NCBI GenBank assembly: GCA_018383815.1
Contig: JAHAWU010000050.1
Location: 1 to 21,831 of the forward strand
DNA length: 21,831 nucleotides
DNA from: Candidatus Jordarchaeia archaeon
GTDB lineage: Archaea; Asgardarchaeota; Jordiarchaeia; Jordiarchaeales; Jordiarchaeaceae
Reading direction: 5' to 3'
In this document: positions 16,448 to 21,831 of the stretch, piece by piece
Position numbering within the stretch: the stretch's first letter is position 1
Layout of the letters: every line of letters begins with the position of its first letter
The notes under the pieces: model-generated
Database searches by the model: none
What the model saw: only the letters and a program-made list of their open reading frames with translations
What the model was told of the DNA's origin: nothing
Position numbers and translations under genes: made by a program

Positions 16448-17431
16448 TTATTTCTTTGATGGCTTTTTAGGTGCTGATGGTTTCGTTTCTGGTTTAGCTT
16501 TTGCTAGCTCGTCTCCGCCTAGCTCAAAGAAGAATATTCTTTCTGGTTTGAATTGAGGGGGGGTTTTAGATTTTTCTATTTTTAATTCTCCTTTGATTAG
16601 TTCTATGTTTCCTGTAAACGGGTTTAATATGAATTCTTTTTCTTCAATTTTTCCGTCTTCGGAGGGAATTTTTACATATATTAATCCATCTTCGAATTGC
16701 CAAGCAAATGTTATTAATGGTTTCCATTGGCCCTTGTTTCCCATGACGTATAGTTTGGGTGTTGACTGGGGGTTTCCGCGAATATCCTCCATTAGTGAAC
16801 TTAGCTTCATAAAGGTTTTTTCTTTTCCATCGGGATAGATTACTTTGAATGGGGGTATGTACTCAACTAGGAAGAAGTTTTGTTTCTCATCGATTATGGG
16901 ATAGGACATTTTTGTTGCGGTGACAAGATTTTTATTCAGCTCTAATTCAAAGTTTATGAGAAATGTGGTATCCGCTATTTCGTACAGTTCTTCGGTAAAC
17001 TTTTGGGCATTAAAATTTATGTTGCTCCAACTGAGTCCCATCTTTAGGGAGGGAGCGCTCCCCGATTGTTCAGCTTCGGCTAAAGTTTGAAGGAATTCTT
17101 TATCCGGTTTATGTTTGGTAACAGTTTTCTTATAAAAGTCCAGTATTTTTTTCTCATGCTCCTCGTCACAATAAATTTCAAGCATCACATCTAAACGTTT
17201 TAATTCTCCCTTTTTACCGCTCAGCATATCCTGAATATCACTAGCTTTCAAGGTATCTCTAAGTCTCTTCACAGTTCCACCGGTTAATGCTAGTTTTCTG
17301 TAAAGCTTTCTATGAGCAGCTATTGTCTCGTATAAATAGTCGGAAATCGGAGGACGTACCTCCTCTATGTATAGACGCGGCATACTTTCCATTACCCATC
17401 TTCTCCGAAACAAATTAGATTCAGATGTCAA
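16448..17431 (-). CDS. Hypothetical protein with Lys/Pro-rich C-terminal tail
   Basis: The ORF is 327 aa from the TTG at 17431; the ATG at 17392 (MESMPRLY) is more likely the start. The tail reads AKAKPETKPSAPKKPSKK. I recognise no family. Confidence 0.55.
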   Translation of the reverse strand: MTSESNLFRRRWVMESMPRLYIEEVRPPISDYLYETIAAHRKLYRKLALTGGTVKRLRDTLKASDIQDMLSGKKGELKRLDVMLEIYCDEEHEKKILDFYKKTVTKHKPDKEFLQTLAEAEQSGSAPSLKMGLSWSNINFNAQKFTEELYEIADTTFLINFELELNKNLVTATKMSYPIIDEKQNFFLVEYIPPFKVIYPDGKEKTFMKLSSLMEDIRGNPQSTPKLYVMGNKGQWKPLITFAWQFEDGLIYVKIPSEDGKIEEKEFILNPFTGNIELIKGELKIEKSKTPPQFKPERIFFFELGGDELAKAKPETKPSAPKKPSKK

Positions 17432-17887
17432 CCTACTGGTAATATATTATGTTAACACCCATACAAAAGTATTCTGTTAATTTTTATATTAGTTAACGAA
17501 GTTAAATTTATTTTGTCCTATACTGGAGGTAGGTGTGTGCATTTAAGTAGAGCCGTTGGGAAAATGGCTAGGACTTCAGCGATTTAAAGCGTAAGTAAAA
17601 CGCCCACAAATAACAATCCCCTTTTCGAGATGCTTCGAGATGCTTATGAAAGCCTATCCTTTAAAGAGGTTAAAAAGGAGCACGTATCTCACTAAGATGC
17701 TTGGGCAGTGCAGTTAGGGATTGATTTTAGGATTGGCATTAATAAACAGAAAAAATATAGGTGCTTGTAGCAATTAATTAATTAAAGTTCAACTAAATGC
17801 GGAATACTTAATTCCGATAAAGTCATAATATTTTATATCTCAAAAATTCAATGCTTAATTGGGAAAGCGGATTTCCACCGCTAACTT

Positions 17888-18733
17888 GTGCTCCCCAGCC
17901 AAATACTAGATTTAAGAAAGACGATTTATTTGTTCAAAGGCGATGAAGTGATTGTTGTGAGTTGCCCAAAATGTGGCGCGCTTGTGGCGCCAGATGAGGA
18001 AGTCTGCCCAAATTGCAATTATCGTTTAGCAGAGGAAACATTGGAGAGGCTTCTTCCCCTACTTAGAAGACCTGGAAGGGAACCAATCAGCGCTATGCCT
18101 TTTCCAATTCGGATAGCAAAGGCTATAATTGCCCCAAGTTCCGCCCTTCACGATGTTGCACGAGCACCAGACGCTATGGGACCCTTAATAATTTACATTC
18201 TTAACGTCCTTGTACTTACACTCTTTTACGCTGCAGTTTGGAATCATATTTATCCCTTTGGGGATTATTGGATTCTGCGAGTCCTGGGTGATGGAGCGAT
18301 TCTAGGTAGGCTAGCTTTAAATACGTTGCTTGTCTTTATTCAGTTCCTGTTTCTCGGTTTTGTTTATTGGCTTCCTTTCCGATTAGTTGGTAAAAGGAGC
18401 GGGTTCAAGAAGAACTTGTCAATAGTGGGTTATGCATATATACCAGTACTCATAGGTAGAGCTGTTTCACTTCTATTGCTATTTACAAACTTACCTACGA
18501 TACTCATTCCAGCCAGTGCAAGTCTTCTCCAAGTTCAGATTTTGGTAGCTCTGGTTTTTATGTCCCCAGTTTGGAATAACGTGGCAAGTATAGAGATAGC
18601 TTGCTGGTTGTGGGCGGCTTTTCTAATAGCCTTAGGGATCAGGCAGCTTAATCAGCTAAAAACAGCGGTGGCACTCATTTCATCCTATGCAATAATGTTA
18701 GTCTTTCTAGCAGTTTACGCTTCTTTAATTTAG
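17888..18733 (+). CDS. Zinc-ribbon plus Yip1-domain integral membrane protein
   Basis: The N-terminal zinc ribbon is CPKCG-x11-CPNC. It is followed by about five hydrophobic helices with the spacing seen in prokaryotic Yip1/YIPF-like proteins. The start codon is uncertain (GTG at 17888). Confidence 0.65.
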   Translation: MLPSQILDLRKTIYLFKGDEVIVVSCPKCGALVAPDEEVCPNCNYRLAEETLERLLPLLRRPGREPISAMPFPIRIAKAIIAPSSALHDVARAPDAMGPLIIYILNVLVLTLFYAAVWNHIYPFGDYWILRVLGDGAILGRLALNTLLVFIQFLFLGFVYWLPFRLVGKRSGFKKNLSIVGYAYIPVLIGRAVSLLLLFTNLPTILIPASASLLQVQILVALVFMSPVWNNVASIEIACWLWAAFLIALGIRQLNQLKTAVALISSYAIMLVFLAVYASLI

Positions 18734-18745
18734 CCAAAAATAATG

Positions 18746-19387
18746 TTATTTCAGAACTTTTCCTGTCTTCATAAACCACATGTAGAGGTCTAACTCTCCA
18801 AGGGATAAATTTAGCTCTTCGGCCAACTTCTCCAATTTTTGTTCGAATTCTAGATATTTTTTTCTAGTCACAGTTTTAGGTACCTCATTGATCAGCCCAT
18901 ATTCAAACATAACCCGAATAACATGTCTATCAAGTATTGCAATATTACGGTAACCCACATTCCTCAAAAAGTGGCTAGCCTCCTTGTAACCCAGCCCTTT
19001 GATATTTCTAACTAACCATTCTCTAGCCTTACGTTCATCAGAGAAACCTGTAACAATTTCTTTTATATTACGAAAGTTTCTGGCACAAACAATAAAGTTT
19101 GCTCTTTTTTCCCAAAATCTATGTCCCCCCTTTCTGAGCTTGTCACACAGTGTTTCCAGAGGAAGCCTTAAAAAATTTTCACAGCCTAGTTCCTTCTGAA
19201 TTTTCAGCCCCAACTCAGCACTAGAATAGGAAGTTAGAATGCAGAAGCAAAGCTCCGAAAACCATTCATAATCACTTTTCTCGTGAAGTTCCTCAAACTC
19301 TCTCATTCTTCTAGAGATTTCCTCTGCTACCGGACTAGCCTTCAGCTTATTAATTTCCATAACCAAATCTTTTATATTCAAAGCCAC
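18746..19387 (-). CDS. ogg: 8-oxoguanine DNA glycosylase / AP lyase, archaeal Ogg2 type
   Basis: It closely resembles the M. jannaschii Ogg sequence as I recall it: EWFSELCFCILTS.., GHRFWEKRANFIV, the HhH-GPD segment VRNIKGLGYKEASHFLRNVGY..AILDRH, and the C-terminal LDLYMWFMKTGKVLK. Confidence 0.85.
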   Translation of the reverse strand: MALNIKDLVMEINKLKASPVAEEISRRMREFEELHEKSDYEWFSELCFCILTSYSSAELGLKIQKELGCENFLRLPLETLCDKLRKGGHRFWEKRANFIVCARNFRNIKEIVTGFSDERKAREWLVRNIKGLGYKEASHFLRNVGYRNIAILDRHVIRVMFEYGLINEVPKTVTRKKYLEFEQKLEKLAEELNLSLGELDLYMWFMKTGKVLK

Positions 19388-19469
19388 GACCTACCAAAAT
19401 GTTGGGAAAACAAGTACCCCTTGGCATAATAAAAACAAGCCCACACAAAATTTGAAAAAAGAGTTTTAC

Positions 19470-19736
19470 CTAGAATATGCCGATTTTAGTCGCAATATCC
19501 ATGGCATCATATTCAGGTGAAAGCTTCACGTAGGCCTTTTTCTTGCCATTAGGCAGAATCAGAGTAGTCACTTTATCAACCTTCACATCATAAAGTTCTT
19601 CCACAGCCCTCTTTATGCTCGCCTTATTAGATTTTCGATCTACAAGGAAAACCAACTTGTTTTCGGACTCTATTAATTCAAGTGCTGATTCTGTAGTCAC
19701 AGGCCTAATTATTACCTTGTAAGGATTGAAACTCAT
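19470..19736 (-). CDS. rpl23: Large-subunit ribosomal protein uL23 (L23P)
   Basis: 88 aa: [67 protein letters not shown] lies 7 nt upstream of the ATG. Confidence 0.9.
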   Translation of the reverse strand: MSFNPYKVIIRPVTTESALELIESENKLVFLVDRKSNKASIKRAVEELYDVKVDKVTTLILPNGKKKAYVKLSPEYDAMDIATKIGIF

Positions 19737-19963
19737 TTAACTATCACCTTACAGTATCCACTGCTTTGTAGAGGAATACACCGTCCCTAATTAAATTTTC
19801 TTATTAAATAATTCACCAGAAACTATCGAACCTCCCAAATTAACAATAAGGATAAAGCCCCCCAATGCATAAGAAAACAAATTGCAATTTCCAAAGAAAC
19901 CCCAACATATTACAAAGTGTTCGGGTAAATACCACATCCATAATCCCGGTGTTAAGCGGGATT

Positions 19964-20818
19964 TTATTTTGAACCATTACCTCGGCATAGATTTAAAACT
20001 GCAAGGGCTGCAGCCACCGCTTCCTCAGTCCTAACGGTTCTTGTCCCCTGATAAGGTATGAAGTTTACCATAAAATCCCCCACCTCCTCTGGAGTTACCC
20101 CCTCATCCTCAAGAATTTCTCTCAAACCCCGATGGGGCCCCCCAAAAATTAAGAAAAGTCTTCCCACACGCCTCCACCCATCCAAAATCTGCTCCGAAAC
20201 ACTCCTAAACGTAACCCCATACTTGGAGGTCAAAACAATCAACCCGGGACGAAGATGCTTGAGAATCGAAGCTAAAGAACCCTTCAAAATTCTAACCTCA
20301 TAACCCCAATAAGTTTTAACCTCACTACGGTTAACCCTCTCTAGGTACAGTTTATTATCTTTCATAACTACTCTCACAGTAACCCGAGTACCCTCAGGCA
20401 AACTTGCCCCAAGAAGCCTTTGAGGCTGCTCTACTCCAATATCCACCAAACATCCCCGAGGATCACTCCTAACAACTACGCCTTCTCGGAACTCCCCATC
20501 CTGCAGCCCACTCTTCCTACTTTGAAGGGGATGGTGAGGCGATGCTAGAGGCGGAAGAATTCCGGCATACCTCAAACGAGGTGAAGAAGGGATAAGACGC
20601 TTCCTCAAATACTGAGGCATCTCCATGTAGTCCAAAATCTCCTTAACAAGAACTAGATCTTTTCTCTGCTTATCAAAGGAATAATCAGCATAAAGTAGCA
20701 CCTCCGATACTCTATAAATGGCGGCTAAACGCCCTATCTGCCCCACTTTCAAAGTCTTAAGTCTCAAATCGGGAGCGTCAACCACCAAGGATCCGGGAAT
20801 AACAAGGCTAATCTCCAT
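19964..20818 (-). CDS. SPOUT-superfamily putative RNA methyltransferase (DUF171 / COG2106 family)
   Basis: It reads ISLVIPGSLV..LKTLKVGQIGRLAAIYRVSEVLLY..MEMPQYLRKRL..ILPPL..PHH, with a central OB-like insert and the C-terminal knot region LIFGGPHRGL..NFIPYQGTRTVRTEEAV. I prefer the ATG at 20818 to the track's TTG at 20842, because a TATA-like CTTAATATTTT lies about 36 nt upstream of the ATG. Confidence 0.8.
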   Translation of the reverse strand: MEISLVIPGSLVVDAPDLRLKTLKVGQIGRLAAIYRVSEVLLYADYSFDKQRKDLVLVKEILDYMEMPQYLRKRLIPSSPRLRYAGILPPLASPHHPLQSRKSGLQDGEFREGVVVRSDPRGCLVDIGVEQPQRLLGASLPEGTRVTVRVVMKDNKLYLERVNRSEVKTYWGYEVRILKGSLASILKHLRPGLIVLTSKYGVTFRSVSEQILDGWRRVGRLFLIFGGPHRGLREILEDEGVTPEEVGDFMVNFIPYQGTRTVRTEEAVAAALAVLNLCRGNGSK

Positions 20819-20944
20819 AGCACTCAACCCAGCCAGCCTCAAAGCTCCAAAAACAAAATATTAAGCCTTTAAGTACCAAGCCAAACTAAAATTCCTTTTG
20901 TGCAGTTCCACATAGAAGATTCACGGAGTTTAAAAATTAGAATT

Positions 20945-21154
20945 GGTGGGGACGGTGAGATTTCCATAGAGAAACATTGTTTCTCCACTTTGAACTCACG
21001 ACTAGCAAGTCTCTCTGGCTCACTGCTCCAGAAGTTCATCATCTTCTGGTCAGCTCAGCCAATATTCACAGCCTCTGGAGCCTGCCGTGCTGCCTAGTCG
21101 CGTTCAAAACCACAAACATGTTTTGAACAACACTGACTACACTACGTCCCCACC
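20945..21154 (-). ncRNA. Structured RNA candidate of unassigned class (210 nt); strand tentative
   Basis: A perfect 10-bp terminal helix (ggtggggacg at 20945-54 with cgtccccacc at 21145-54) encloses three stem domains. The first is 20955-59/20995-99 with an inner 7-bp hairpin 20969-75/20979-85. The second is 21000-05/21094-99 with an inner 7-bp hairpin 21028-34/21043-49. The third is a 9-bp hairpin 21102-10/21120-28. In the minus orientation the central hairpin loop reads AUGAUGAA and a T5 run follows the 3' end (20932-36). The only overlapping ORF (20900-21097) looks spurious. Confidence 0.45.
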
Positions 21155-21270
21155 TAAATGGGAAACGGTAAACTATTTGGAGCGTGTAGAAAATTATACA
21201 CAAGAGTTACATAAAGTTTTTGTTTCCATTTCTCTCAAGCCACAATAAGGGAACATAGATAGGGAATGCC

Positions 21271-21291
21271 ATAAAAATTAAAAAAGCAAAG
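21271..21291 (-). terminator. Oligo-T terminator downstream of the permuted 5S gene
   Basis: The minus strand reads CUUUGCUUUUUUAAUUUUUAU and begins about 10 nt after the last paired nucleotide of the 5S terminal helix. Confidence 0.45.
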
Positions 21292-21300
21292 AGAGGAAGT

Positions 21301-21450
21301 GGCGTCGCTGTTCCGTGTTCGGGATGAGAACGGGTAGTTCACTATACACTATGACCGGCACCGAGATGCCAGTATTCGGTTTTCCCGGTCCCTCGCGGAG
21401 AGCAGTACTCACCGAATCGTGTATAGATTTGACTTTCACGCAACGACGCC
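21301..21450 (-). rRNA. 5S ribosomal RNA gene with circularly permuted domain order, closed by a 10-bp terminal helix
   Basis: The minus-strand RNA carries CUCAUCCCGAACACGGAA (loop C), CAUAG (loop A) and GAGUACUG..CGCGAG..GGGAAA (loop E / helix IV). Helices I (UGCCGGU/ACUGGCA), II (GUGUAUAG/CUAUACAC) and V (AUUCGGU/ACCGAAU) all pair. The order is 3' half (21440-21367), UCUCGG linker (21366-21361), then 5' half (21360-21311). The whole is flanked by GGCGUCGUUG (21450-41) and CAGCGACGCC (21310-01). Confidence 0.75.
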
Positions 21451-21470
21451 AAAAACCCACACGCAGTGCC

Positions 21471-21486
21471 GAAATATAAATATTTC
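21471..21486 (-). promoter_or_regulatory. TATA box / BRE-like promoter for the permuted 5S transcription unit
   Basis: The minus strand reads AGAAATATTTATATTTC. The TTTATATT core is centred about 27 nt upstream of the first G of the terminal helix (21450), which is the canonical archaeal TATA-to-start distance. Confidence 0.45.
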
Positions 21487-21831
21487 TAACTTCTAGCGAG
21501 ACTTAACCTACATTCACAAAAGTAAAAAGGAATTTATCAAGCAGATATGTTTGCGCCACATAAATTTTGTTTTTTTACTAGAGCTCTCTAACCTGACGAA
21601 TTTTTGACGTTTGATACACGATTTTTTGAAAATTTCCAAGTAATTAATGGGGATAACTCAAAAATGCACGAATTTTAGGCATGCTTTTTATTGTAAGGGG
21701 ACAATACGGCGCAATGTAATATGTATGTTATTTAGGTAAACTACAAAGTTAGGTACTGCCAATGTATTTTTATGAAAGCTGAAGAAGTCATTCAAAACTT
21801 AAACCTAGAAAACCTGGAGAACCTCCCCAAC

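Noticed and set aside
20900-21097. 65-aa + strand ORF.
   Set aside because: It has no ribosome-binding site and overlaps the highly base-paired 210-nt segment. It is probably non-coding.
20945-21154. Reading the 210-nt RNA as SRP RNA, RNase P RNA, or an intron-containing or permuted tRNA. GGAGCAG resembles the SRP helix 8 3' side, and GUGAG-UUCAAAG resembles a T-arm.
   Set aside because: For SRP RNA there is no 5' CAGG / GNAR tetraloop geometry. For RNase P RNA there are no CR-I or CR-V motifs. For tRNA there is no D-arm or anticodon arm, and a 28-nt insert would be needed in the T-loop-like element. I leave it unassigned.
21301-21450. The idea that the out-of-order 5S halves are simply the end of one tandem 5S copy and the beginning of the next.
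   Set aside because: The 3' and 5' halves are joined by only 6 nt. The unit has its own TATA-like box upstream and T-runs downstream. No further 5S sequence flanks it on either side.
21278-21460. 60-aa minus-strand ORF.
   Set aside because: It coincides with the 5S rRNA-like gene, and the RNA explanation is far stronger.
21772-21831. ATG-initiated open frame (MKAEEVIQNLNLENLENLPN) running off the right edge of the window.
   Set aside because: Only 20 codons are visible, with no clear ribosome-binding site. That is too little evidence to call a gene.
1-21831. CRISPR arrays, canonical tRNA genes, and integrase, transposase or phage genes.
   Set aside because: I found no regularly spaced direct repeats, no cloverleaf-compatible segments and no recognisable mobile-element enzymes on reading either strand. 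The only mobile-element trace is the MITE-like insertion.

Overview
This is an archaeal chromosomal window of about 40% GC. It is mostly housekeeping and accessory-metabolism genes: an archaeal-type LeuRS, a methanogen-type SerRS, NikR, TrxB plus a CxxC-less paralogue, a Nudix hydrolase, meaB-cobO, CooC, Ogg, uL23, a DUF171 SPOUT methyltransferase and a partial DUF362 gene that the ORF track missed.

Five things stand out. (1) At 21301-21450 (minus strand) there is a self-contained 5S rRNA gene whose halves are circularly permuted. The 3' ~74 nt come first, a 6-nt linker closes helix I, the 5' ~50 nt come last, and the new ends in helix III are clamped by a 10-bp terminal helix. (2) Immediately downstream lies a 210-nt, highly structured RNA candidate of unassigned class (20945-21154). 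(3) One 592-aa ORF fuses a complete Rab/Ras-like small GTPase to an M20 (ArgE/DapE-type) metallopeptidase. (4) There is an extreme keto/amino (G+T versus A+C) strand-composition mosaic that ignores gene orientation. Its sharpest flip falls inside leuS at about 2.78 kb, and it explains the many spurious ORFs in the track. (5) A decayed SnoaL/NTF2-like pseudogene is interrupted by a 107-bp MITE-like element with imperfect inverted repeats and a 9-bp target-site duplication.

I found no CRISPR array, canonical tRNA, transposase or integrase. All calls come from reading and hand-translating the sequence. Family assignments rest on recognised motifs, not on database searches.
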